Shown piece by piece: positions 1 through 7,840 of a DNA stretch of 20,000 bases. Source of the DNA: an uncultured virus (IMG/VR IMGVR_UViG_3300008267_009160) (taxonomy: Duplodnaviria; Heunggongvirae; Uroviricota; Caudoviricetes); the IMG/VR virus record IMGVR_UViG_3300008267_009160, positions 54,186 to 74,185 of that record, one strand, 5' to 3'. Made by a program: the position numbers and the translations under genes. The notes under the pieces were generated by a model. It saw nothing but the letters and a program-made list of their open reading frames with translations. It was not told where the DNA came from and made no database searches. Within the stretch, counting starts at the first letter, position 1; the number at the start of each line of letters is the position of its first letter.

Positions 1-1
1 G

Positions 2-535
2 TCGGGATGGTATACTTCCTACAGAGTCCCATAAGAATAACAGGTCGTAAGGTAGGTTACCTTTCTTCTGCTCATCTAAAAGATCTGCGATAAAAGCTGC
101 TACATCCTCGATAGTATTTAAGGATGATCTATCCACATAGATAAAGAATCCTTTATAGTCTACAACTTCGCCAGTATCGGGGTCTGCAATTTCATCTACT
201 TGAAAGCCCATCTGTTTAGCATGTTCCCAAGACCATTTCATCTCGGTTATAATGAATACAGGTAAGATACCTTTCTTCTGTGCAGACACTGCTGCTTCTA
301 GAAGGGCGGTTGTCTTACCTGTATCAGAATGTCCTCTAAGTAGTGTAATATGGCCCATCGGTATTCCTGGGATAGATAGAACGTCTTGGTAAGATTGGGA
401 TAGTTCAATCCACTTATCTTCTTTAAACTTTACATTCCCTACTAGGAATTTATTTTTCTTGAAACCTTCTAAATCAAATCCGCCTTTGATAGCTTTTGAA
501 ATAGTCGTATTTAACGATTCTTTAGCTTTTGCCAT
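2..535 (-). CDS. RecA/UvsX-like recombinase, 5' part (runs off the left edge)
   Basis: Not in the ORF track; translated by hand from ATG at 535: MAKAKESLNTTISKAIKGGFDLEGFKK...IPGIPMGHITLLRGHSDTGKTTALLEAAVSAQKKGILPVFIITEMKW...YDLLFLWDSVGSIPSR. Has Walker A (GHSDTGKTT), a Glu at the RecA catalytic position (ITEMK) and Walker B (LLFLWDSV). Open to position 2 and directly downstream of the SSB gene. Confidence 0.9.
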   Translation of the reverse strand, partial: MAKAKESLNTTISKAIKGGFDLEGFKKNKFLVGNVKFKEDKWIELSQSYQDVLSIPGIPMGHITLLRGHSDTGKTTALLEAAVSAQKKGILPVFIITEMKWSWEHAKQMGFQVDEIADPDTGEVVDYKGFFIYVDRSSLNTIEDVAAFIADLLDEQKKGNLPYDLLFLWDSVGSIPSR

Positions 536-547
536 ATTTTGTTTTTA

Positions 548-1396
548 TTAGAACGGAAGGTCATTACCGGGAGTATCTTCTTTAAAAAGATCATCGAACT
601 CTTTATCGATATCCGGCTTTTGTTTTACGTTTAGAGAATACTTACTGTTCTTAGGAGCAGCAGGCTGTGCTGTTGCTGGAGCTGGTGTTTCAGTCTCTTC
701 CTCTTCTTCTGTAGCTTCAGTACTACCGGGGTTCAACCATTCGTAAAGACCTTGCTTAAGTTCTTCGTATGTCGGCTTTCTGTACAGCTCAATCGGATCT
801 GGTTGTGTTTCAAGCCAGACTTTAAGCTGTTTAGCATCTTCAGAAGCAGGAGTTTGTTTAGTCTTAACACGAACTGAAGTCTTGTTAAACTGACGTCCGC
901 TCTGATCAGGACCTACTGTCTCTACGATAAGATCGCGACCTTGGTAAGTATCGGTGTAATCTCCTACATCTTCGTCTTCTGCTACAGCAAGAAGCTCCAT
1001 ATAAACCTCTTTACCGAATTCCCAAAGACGTACGCCCTTGTCTTCTTCGCCTCTAACGATAACTGGTGCAAATACTCTCATCTTCGGTTCTAGCTTTTTA
1101 GCTAGTTTAAAATTCTCAACCGTGTAAGTTTGCTTTTTCAAGCTTTCTGAAAACTCTACGATTGGGTCTTTCTCTCCGAAGTTAACAAGAGAGATCATAG
1201 TACGGTTGTTAATACCGTAGTGGAAAAAGACTTCCTTAAAAGGATTTTCTTTATTCCATTTGGCAGGAAGCATCCTTACCTGGAATTTGCCAATTGGCGC
1301 TTTCCAAATTGACTCAGCGATCTTGCTTTTGCCACCGCCACCGCGGGTTTGCAAGCTGGCCAATTTTTGCTTAATTAAACTTACGTTCATAGCCAT
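548..1396 (-). CDS. Single-stranded DNA-binding protein, T4 gp32-like
   Basis: gp32-like pattern W.....G...VR.LP, PF.E..FHY, GVRLWEFGK.VY, D.TD..QGRD. Acidic C-terminal tail ending EFDDLF...DLPF. Adjacent to the recombinase. Confidence 0.85.
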   Translation of the reverse strand: MAMNVSLIKQKLASLQTRGGGGKSKIAESIWKAPIGKFQVRMLPAKWNKENPFKEVFFHYGINNRTMISLVNFGEKDPIVEFSESLKKQTYTVENFKLAKKLEPKMRVFAPVIVRGEEDKGVRLWEFGKEVYMELLAVAEDEDVGDYTDTYQGRDLIVETVGPDQSGRQFNKTSVRVKTKQTPASEDAKQLKVWLETQPDPIELYRKPTYEELKQGLYEWLNPGSTEATEEEEETETPAPATAQPAAPKNSKYSLNVKQKPDIDKEFDDLFKEDTPGNDLPF

Positions 1397-1437
1397 TTTG
1401 ATGTATTTTAAAATTAAAAGTGAACATATATCTTAAA

Positions 1438-1473
1438 CTAAGATAATGAAAAAAATGATAACAGCCAACTTTT
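1438..1473 (-). promoter_or_regulatory. Putative host-sigma-type (early/middle) promoter upstream of SSB
   Basis: Minus strand AAAAGTTGGCT-N17-TATCTTAG. Same geometry as the site upstream of the polymerase gene. Confidence 0.5.
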
Positions 1474-1474
1474 T

Positions 1475-1897
1475 TTAGAGGCTAATTATCTTATGTATCT
1501 TAGTGCTTAGGAGGCGGATATCATCTCCCTGTGTTAGTAGTACTGTATTTTTATAATCCGCCCATGAAATTCTATAGCTTGTATCTAGAATCCCTTCGTT
1601 TAACTGCCTTATTAGAATGTTTAAGGCATTAATAGTATACAGTGTGTTTGATTCTTTCTTTCTGTGAAGAAGGATCGTATTGTTGAGAATATAAGGAGTT
1701 GTATTTTCTGTATCAATATTATATGTGCAGAGCAAATCCGTACAATCCTTAGACTCTAATACAAATATTTTATTGTACAGAATCTTATAGTGGGATTTAA
1801 TCTGATCGAGAGTAGTGTCTAAACTCTCCTTTGATGTGAATGTACAAAACAGTCTATTCATATAATCAATACCGCTGTAGTCGAAATTATCTATCAT
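1475..1897 (-). CDS. Hypothetical phage protein, translationally coupled to the polymerase gene
   Basis: 140-aa ORF (LFCTF, LLCTYNID, ILLHRKKESNTLYTINALN). ATGA start/stop overlap with the polymerase at 1894-1897. Alternative start at 1861 (MNRLFCTF). Confidence 0.75.
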   Translation of the reverse strand: MIDNFDYSGIDYMNRLFCTFTSKESLDTTLDQIKSHYKILYNKIFVLESKDCTDLLCTYNIDTENTTPYILNNTILLHRKKESNTLYTINALNILIRQLNEGILDTSYRISWADYKNTVLLTQGDDIRLLSTKIHKIISL

Positions 1898-3225
1898 AAA
1901 TAGTTGGTTTTCATTAAAGAATCGTAATCCTTACCGTACTTTGCTTTTACCGGATATTTACTTTCTCGCAAGAGGCTAACAATCTCTAGCAGGAGTTCTT
2001 TTCCGTCCTCTACGTTAAAATCTAATAAGAAAGAGTCGTATACTACTAGGCTTATAAAACTCTTCTTCCCTTCTAATATAGCTTGAAGTTTTGTCAGTAA
2101 TTCTACGTTTGTTTTAGTTTCTAAATTTTGTATAAAGTAATTAAATAGTTTGAGTAAGTATATGTCTTCGGATACTTGTAAGGTTCGTCCAGTCGGTAAT
2201 TGAACTCCTTTCCCGTACTGGTATGTATTCCAAAGATCATCAAGGTAGGTGCTTAGAGCTTTGTAGAAAGGAATCTCTCTATACTCTTCTTTAATGCCTC
2301 CGTATATGTTTTGGAAGGTTATTTGCTTAGCTTCCTTATATTCTTCTTCTGTGATAGTATCTCTGTTAAAGTACTGTTTTGCAAAATATGTATGAATCGA
2401 TTGATCTTCTGGTAATTCGAAGTTAATCAAATTAGCAATAAGTCTTACGTGGTATGCATCAAAATCAAACTCGACAAAGTAATGGTTCTGAGGTATGAAG
2501 CATTTTCTAGAGTGGTTTTCTTTATTTAGGGCTAGAAAGTTAATACCGTTGAATGCATTTGTAGGTCTCGCAGTTACATTGTACAGGTTATAGTTTGTAT
2601 ATATTATCTGATCTTCGTAAGAATCTGTTATACTGTGCGGAGTAAAAAATTCTCCAAAGCATTGAGTATCTATTTTAAGTCCTGCTTCTTCTACCTTTTT
2701 ATAAACTTTTTCGTATTGAGAATAAAATTCTAGATCTAAACGAAAAGTCTTAATACAGGTCTCAACTTTAATATAAAGCTCTTCCCAGTATTCGTAGAGT
2801 TTCGATATCGGTATAACTCTGTTTATATCTTTGTAAACACCGGTGTATCGTTGATAGTAGATGTTTATAAGGGGTGAATCTCCCCTATTCTCCATAGGTT
2901 TCTCCCCTCTTTCTAAAAAACAATAATTGAGGTCTATTAAAGAAAGATCTAAGTAATATGAATGGTATTTACTGTTTAAACAGTATATCTTACTAGCTTT
3001 CGATAGTACCTTAACTACTTCGAGTATATTAAGTGAAAAGCCTTCCGAATGATCTAGAACTACAATATATCCTTTGTTTTCCGATACGGGACGTATGTAA
3101 AGTAGAGAAGGTTTTGCTAGACGGGGATGCTGATTATCGTTATTAGAGATTAGATTTATGAAGCATGAATCTAGCTTCTCTCCTAACTTTTCTAACTGTT
3201 CTTGAGTTTCTACTATGTAGTGCAT
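1894..3225 (-). CDS. Short, divergent family A DNA polymerase-like protein
   Basis: Motif A-like FVEFDFDAYHVRLIA, SIH, motif B-like EAKQITFQNIYGG, NYFIQ, motif C-like LVVYDSFLLD, and TARPTN at the TGRLSS position. No recognisable ExoI/II/III acidic residues in the N-terminal region. Confidence 0.8.
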   Translation of the reverse strand: MHYIVETQEQLEKLGEKLDSCFINLISNNDNQHPRLAKPSLLYIRPVSENKGYIVVLDHSEGFSLNILEVVKVLSKASKIYCLNSKYHSYYLDLSLIDLNYCFLERGEKPMENRGDSPLINIYYQRYTGVYKDINRVIPISKLYEYWEELYIKVETCIKTFRLDLEFYSQYEKVYKKVEEAGLKIDTQCFGEFFTPHSITDSYEDQIIYTNYNLYNVTARPTNAFNGINFLALNKENHSRKCFIPQNHYFVEFDFDAYHVRLIANLINFELPEDQSIHTYFAKQYFNRDTITEEEYKEAKQITFQNIYGGIKEEYREIPFYKALSTYLDDLWNTYQYGKGVQLPTGRTLQVSEDIYLLKLFNYFIQNLETKTNVELLTKLQAILEGKKSFISLVVYDSFLLDFNVEDGKELLLEIVSLLRESKYPVKAKYGKDYDSLMKTNYL

Positions 3226-3241
3226 TAACCTTTATTTACAA

Positions 3242-3277
3242 TAAAAATATAGAAGTTATTTCTACTTATCAACTTTT
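3242..3277 (-). promoter_or_regulatory. Putative host-sigma-type (early/middle) promoter upstream of the polymerase gene
   Basis: Minus strand AAAAGTTGATA-N17-TATTTTTA. Shares AAAAGTTG-N20-TAT(C/T)TT with the SSB upstream site. Confidence 0.5.
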
Positions 3278-3931
3278 ACTTGGTACCGCAAACTTGCTAT
3301 ACTCTTCACCGATATAAGTCTTTAATCCAGGAAAAGTTTTATCTTTAGTCTCCACAAGTCTTTTATTCGTATCTACGATACCAGCAACAGGGTATTGCTT
3401 ATTTACTCTATCGTCCTTTAGAGGTCCTGTTAGCTTCCAAAATAAGTCTATAACTTGATAAAGATAATCTTGTAGTCTAGACTTTCTATTCCTCATAGTA
3501 TCATAATTCTCTTTTGAAATCTCTATAATGTTAGAAGATTCATTTACTTTTTTTGCAAAGTACCTTAAAAAATAACCTCGTTCATAATCCTCCTGGGTGG
3601 GTTGTGGGTAGTAGGGAGTCAACTCTCTTAAGACAACTCCATAAGCGTCTGTATCAGGCTCTCCTTGTGCGAGAGAAACATTTTTAATTTGTTCGTAGCT
3701 CAATACAGCGTCTAGGTCAAACTTACCAGTGCTAACTGATAAATTAGAGGCGGTTTCTATCGGTGTAAGTTTTACATTAGCGTTACTATCAAAAGGATCT
3801 GATCCTGTAAAAAATTTTCCATCAAAAGTCTTATAATAAGAACCTCTGTATTCTTCTCCTTTTATTGTAAATTCACCTCCGGTTGTTACCTGGTTTGTTA
3901 TTATTCTGTTTTTAGGATAATATCTAATCAT
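3269..3931 (-). CDS. Hypothetical protein, last gene of the tail/baseplate run (possibly virion structural)
   Basis: 220-aa Tyr-rich ORF starting 13 nt after the hub/amidase stop. No motif that I can assign. Confidence 0.7.
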   Translation of the reverse strand: MIRYYPKNRIITNQVTTGGEFTIKGEEYRGSYYKTFDGKFFTGSDPFDSNANVKLTPIETASNLSVSTGKFDLDAVLSYEQIKNVSLAQGEPDTDAYGVVLRELTPYYPQPTQEDYERGYFLRYFAKKVNESSNIIEISKENYDTMRNRKSRLQDYLYQVIDLFWKLTGPLKDDRVNKQYPVAGIVDTNKRLVETKDKTFPGLKTYIGEEYSKFAVPSKS

Positions 3932-3944
3932 ACTACATTTAGTT

Positions 3945-6900
3945 TTAACCAGTCCAGTTTATAGAAGGTAGAGTATCTTTTTTTCCACTTGCTGCAATAA
4001 CATCTAGTTCTGATAGCATATCCAGTAAATTGCTTTGAGGCATCGTATCTATCTTTCTGCTAGGGTCTTGTCCTGTACCGTGTGTTACAACACAAGGTTT
4101 AGGCGCTGTTCGTAAACCTTTATCTGGGAATAATATATCATAGCCGGGATTAAATTTGAATCCAGGAGCTAAGATACCGTCCTTGATAAAGGTTAGTAGT
4201 AGATTAGCTAATGCTGATATTTGAACGCTTGTTAGAGATTGCCATAAGTTATGTCCTCGATAAACCGGATAAGAGAGATGACACTCATCGTAAGGTATGG
4301 CTCGCTCGCCGCTATAATTTAATATTTGACCGCTAGAAGTACACAGCAAGGCAGGACCGTAAGATTCCATTTCAATTCCTATACTATTAGCATTCATACT
4401 AGGAGATGCACCCCAAGTCGGATCACCGTAGTGGTTAGATTTCCATTTTTTAAATCCTCTAAATCCAGCTATCTTTCCTGTTCGTCCGATAGTAAAATCA
4501 GCACTGGCAGGGTTTACATCTACGGATCTATTCCAGGTGTTTTGATAGTGTGTTAGCGGATTGTCGTAACTCGATACCGTGTAGTGTATGGTTACATATT
4601 TAAAGATGCCGCTGGCATTACCTTTTGCTGCTCTGGTCCAAGTCTTTCCATCGGTAATAGATGCCATTTGGAAAGCAAAAGGTTGATTATTATAGTCTGA
4701 TGCTTTTTCTTTACAGTTGAGTACGGCTTGAACTGGAACTCCTTGAGCAGCTGTTCTTAGAGGAAAAGTTTTCTTTACATCAGCCCATTTCTTAACACCG
4801 ATTTTTCCACGTTCTGCTGCGGGAACATACTTATTAATATCCTCCAGGGTTGCAATTTTAAGAGCTTTGCCGGAACATTTAGCTGCTTTCTTTGTTGTAC
4901 TGTAAGTCGGCGTACCTACTACTTCTTGCTTTTCAGGTGGTTTGTAAGCTCCTTTCTTTATAGACTGGTTTAAGACAGATGCTGCTACCTTAACATTTTT
5001 AGGTAGATTAATCATAGATCCCTTTATGGTAGTATTCCATGCGTTATTAGAAATATCATGTGTTATTCCGGATACAATAAATCCTACTTTAGGGAGTCCG
5101 TTAGTTTTGTACTTTGAAGGAAGTCTATCTCCTGGAATGCAAAATCCTTCATACAGCACCAGGTTACTTATTCCTGCCATAGTCAAGTTGATTGATATCG
5201 GCATAATACCGTTAGCACTTACTCCCATAGTCGCTCCTCCTGCTTCACCGGGGTTCGATTTAAGAAGAGTTGCAGCAGTAATGTAGTAGTTCTTAGCAGC
5301 GTCCAGATTTTGAATTTTAACCTCTCTAGGAGCTGCTAAGGAGTTAGCAGAGTAGAATCGAAACATAAACTCATTAAAGCTTTGAGCTTCTTGTAGCACT
5401 CCAGCATTATCTACCGGTTGAACCGGCCCTGATTTTTGCTCGGTTTTTTGACCGGCATCAGTAGTTTTATTTTTCATAAGTCTGTCTACTACACCGGCAT
5501 TAAACTCGGCAAAAGTAGAACCGTCTTTATTAAGGGTTGATACCTGATTGCCGGGGTCCATTGCTGTGATTGCAAGCATAGATCCTAGCTTGGTGCTAAA
5601 TTCAGTATTAAGGGAGAAGCTCTTAGCAACCGAAGGTAGTCCTGTAACAGGTATTCCTTGGTATATACTCGACTCTTTACCTTTTGGGTTTGCATCTAAT
5701 ATCTGGTCGTCGTATATTGTAAGAGTATTGCTGTCGTCGTCATATCCTACTCTAAATTCATTAACATTACCTAAACTTTTTTGTACATCTGTTAGAATTT
5801 GCTCTAAAAAAGCTGCTAGAGTAACGTTAAAATTTCTATCACTATCTGTAAAATTTCTTATAACTCCTAGAAGGTAATCTACATTCAAATAGATCTCCAT
5901 TATTCTTCCTTCGGTATCACTTGCTTTATACTTGCAGTTTTTTAAAAAAGAAGAACCGAAAGGACTTCCCGTTGGTGAAAAGAGCTCTGCTGTGTTTACA
6001 GCTGTATTAGGTACACTACCTGGGCTTACTTTGTTAATTGTGAAAAGCTTTCCGTAATCAGCATCTGATGCATCTAAGGGTACTATGCAGACTGTAGGAT
6101 CGGCAGAAAACTGGTGATTAGTTCTATAACAGAGGTTATTGTTAGGATTAAAGTTTAAGTAGATTAAGGGTTTTTTCTGATTAGCGCTTTTGTTAAACTC
6201 GTAAATCATGGCCGAGTTATGTATGTAGGCTAATAGCAATCCTAGTTTGATATAGCAGTAGAGAGATTGAGAGGTGGTTGCTTCATCTCCGGTATCTCCA
6301 GATACTGAACTGAAAGGTACTAGTAGAACGCTATCTAATCCAGCAAGAGCGTTTCCGCCTGTTGATTTTCCTGTTAGTAAATATTCAGGGTCGTTTCCGT
6401 TTTGAAAAGCACTCACTACCTCGGGTGCTGCTGTCGAACCACCAGACCATAGTCCTAACCCTGGTGCAAAGTAAGTAGTCGCAATATCCGGAATTGTTGT
6501 CTCCACAGGGGTGGGGTCAGCAGCCGTTAACGTAGTTGTTGCGATAGGTTCAGAAAGAGATCCGGTAGATCCAAATCTTAGTTTCATATCTACTAAGAAT
6601 CCTTCTAGAGCAGAAGCCGGTGCAGATCTACCATCTAATAAAGCTTGGTATTGGGATACTGCATCAGCAGCCTCTCCGTTACCGGCTGAAGGAGCTCCTT
6701 CTCCGCCGCTATTTGATCCGGCGTTTGCACTTGCTAGTAGTTGTTTTCCAATTTTTGAATCAGGGAAAGAAGATATGTTATTTATCTTCAAAGAATCTGT
6801 AACGCTACCTATACCTGTTAATTTTAAAGTACAGTCGTAACTACCATCCGGACCAACACTCCAGTTGAAGTTAGTTACTGTTCCTAACATACCGTCGTAG

Positions 6901-7532
6901 TTGCCGTCTGTCTTTCTTCTAATCTGGTAAATCTTTCTTAGAAGATCTTCTTTAGAAAGGTCTTCATCTTTAAAGACGTCCACCGTGATTGAATCATCTG
7001 CTGTATCGAAAGTGTCATTGTTCTTAATGTATGAACTATGTCCCCACTCTAATAAACAGGTAAATCCGGTTCTAAAAAATAAAGCATCTATAACATCTAA
7101 CTGAGCTAGGTTATTGACTCTAAATTTAACATCAGCTACTTTAAGAGATCCTAGGGTACCTACTGTATTTATTGTTGCTGATGTGATGCCGGGCATAGGT
7201 CTGTATCCGAATTCATCTAAAGCTTTTACTCCTATGTTGTAGGAAGCATCCCAAGATCTCAACCTAGATCCTCCACCAGCAGTCTCAATTGCTGTACCTC
7301 CAAACAGTACCCATTTTCTAGCAAGATTTACTCCACCTTCACCGAGACTTTTTACTAAGTCGCCACCAATAACGGATGCTAGAGAAGTAAGTTTGATCCA
7401 GCAGTTATTATCGGATATAAATTCTATGTTTTTATTATCCCTAGCTTCGGTCTTAACTAGTTGTCTACTTCTAGCAAAGATCTGCCCTATAGCTTCGTTA
7501 TTTATCGGAGAACCTATTAAATTTTTTGCCAT
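3945..7532 (-). CDS. Baseplate hub-like protein with C-terminal N-acetylmuramoyl-L-alanine amidase (Amidase_2-like) domain
   Basis: 1195 aa, following the LysM gene as hub genes do in contractile-tail modules. Beta-rich N-terminal blocks (RPMPGITS, LLEWGHS, GTVTNFNWS..DGSYDC) and FIVSGITHDISNNAWNTTI. The C-terminus has TIHYT, SADF.IG..G, N..SIGIE, T..Q..AL..L, VVTHG and RKID, as in the AmpD/T7-lysozyme family. Confidence 0.7.
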   Translation of the reverse strand: MAKNLIGSPINNEAIGQIFARSRQLVKTEARDNKNIEFISDNNCWIKLTSLASVIGGDLVKSLGEGGVNLARKWVLFGGTAIETAGGGSRLRSWDASYNIGVKALDEFGYRPMPGITSATINTVGTLGSLKVADVKFRVNNLAQLDVIDALFFRTGFTCLLEWGHSSYIKNNDTFDTADDSITVDVFKDEDLSKEDLLRKIYQIRRKTDGNYDGMLGTVTNFNWSVGPDGSYDCTLKLTGIGSVTDSLKINNISSFPDSKIGKQLLASANAGSNSGGEGAPSAGNGEAADAVSQYQALLDGRSAPASALEGFLVDMKLRFGSTGSLSEPIATTTLTAADPTPVETTIPDIATTYFAPGLGLWSGGSTAAPEVVSAFQNGNDPEYLLTGKSTGGNALAGLDSVLLVPFSSVSGDTGDEATTSQSLYCYIKLGLLLAYIHNSAMIYEFNKSANQKKPLIYLNFNPNNNLCYRTNHQFSADPTVCIVPLDASDADYGKLFTINKVSPGSVPNTAVNTAELFSPTGSPFGSSFLKNCKYKASDTEGRIMEIYLNVDYLLGVIRNFTDSDRNFNVTLAAFLEQILTDVQKSLGNVNEFRVGYDDDSNTLTIYDDQILDANPKGKESSIYQGIPVTGLPSVAKSFSLNTEFSTKLGSMLAITAMDPGNQVSTLNKDGSTFAEFNAGVVDRLMKNKTTDAGQKTEQKSGPVQPVDNAGVLQEAQSFNEFMFRFYSANSLAAPREVKIQNLDAAKNYYITAATLLKSNPGEAGGATMGVSANGIMPISINLTMAGISNLVLYEGFCIPGDRLPSKYKTNGLPKVGFIVSGITHDISNNAWNTTIKGSMINLPKNVKVAASVLNQSIKKGAYKPPEKQEVVGTPTYSTTKKAAKCSGKALKIATLEDINKYVPAAERGKIGVKKWADVKKTFPLRTAAQGVPVQAVLNCKEKASDYNNQPFAFQMASITDGKTWTRAAKGNASGIFKYVTIHYTVSSYDNPLTHYQNTWNRSVDVNPASADFTIGRTGKIAGFRGFKKWKSNHYGDPTWGASPSMNANSIGIEMESYGPALLCTSSGQILNYSGERAIPYDECHLSYPVYRGHNLWQSLTSVQISALANLLLTFIKDGILAPGFKFNPGYDILFPDKGLRTAPKPCVVTHGTGQDPSRKIDTMPQSNLLDMLSELDVIAASGKKDTLPSINWTG

Positions 7533-7533
7533 A

Positions 7534-7836
7534 CTACTTTACGTTAAGCCTATTGTACTGTCTTAAGATAGCACTTACATCAACGGGTACTCTGAGCTGT
7601 ATTCCCGGTTCTGGGAATAGAGTATCACAAGGTAGGTTGTTTGCTGTAGGTATAATCCACCATAGTGTCTTATCTCCGTAGTAGTTATGTGCTAGGAGAT
7701 CGTACCTATCTTGTTGAGTTGATATAAGGTAAATATCGTTATTTGTTGGCGCAATATGCGGGTAGTAATTGGTTGTATAGAGCCTCTTACCTGAATCGCT
7801 TTTTACTACTTCTATATCTTGGTATCTGCGGTTCAT
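7534..7836 (-). CDS. LysM-domain baseplate protein (P2 gpX / T4 gp53-like)
   Basis: DRYDLLAHNYYGDKTLWWIIPTANNL...PGIQLRVP is the phage-tail LysM pattern. Sits between the tube-initiator-like and hub-like genes. Confidence 0.85.
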   Translation of the reverse strand: MNRRYQDIEVVKSDSGKRLYTTNYYPHIAPTNNDIYLISTQQDRYDLLAHNYYGDKTLWWIIPTANNLPCDTLFPEPGIQLRVPVDVSAILRQYNRLNVK

Positions 7837-7840
7837 ACTT

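Noticed and set aside
3250..3264. Inverted repeat TAGAA-N5-TTCTA after the 220-aa gene
   Set aside because: Only 5 AT-rich base pairs, expected by chance, and it lies in the spacer of the proposed promoter.
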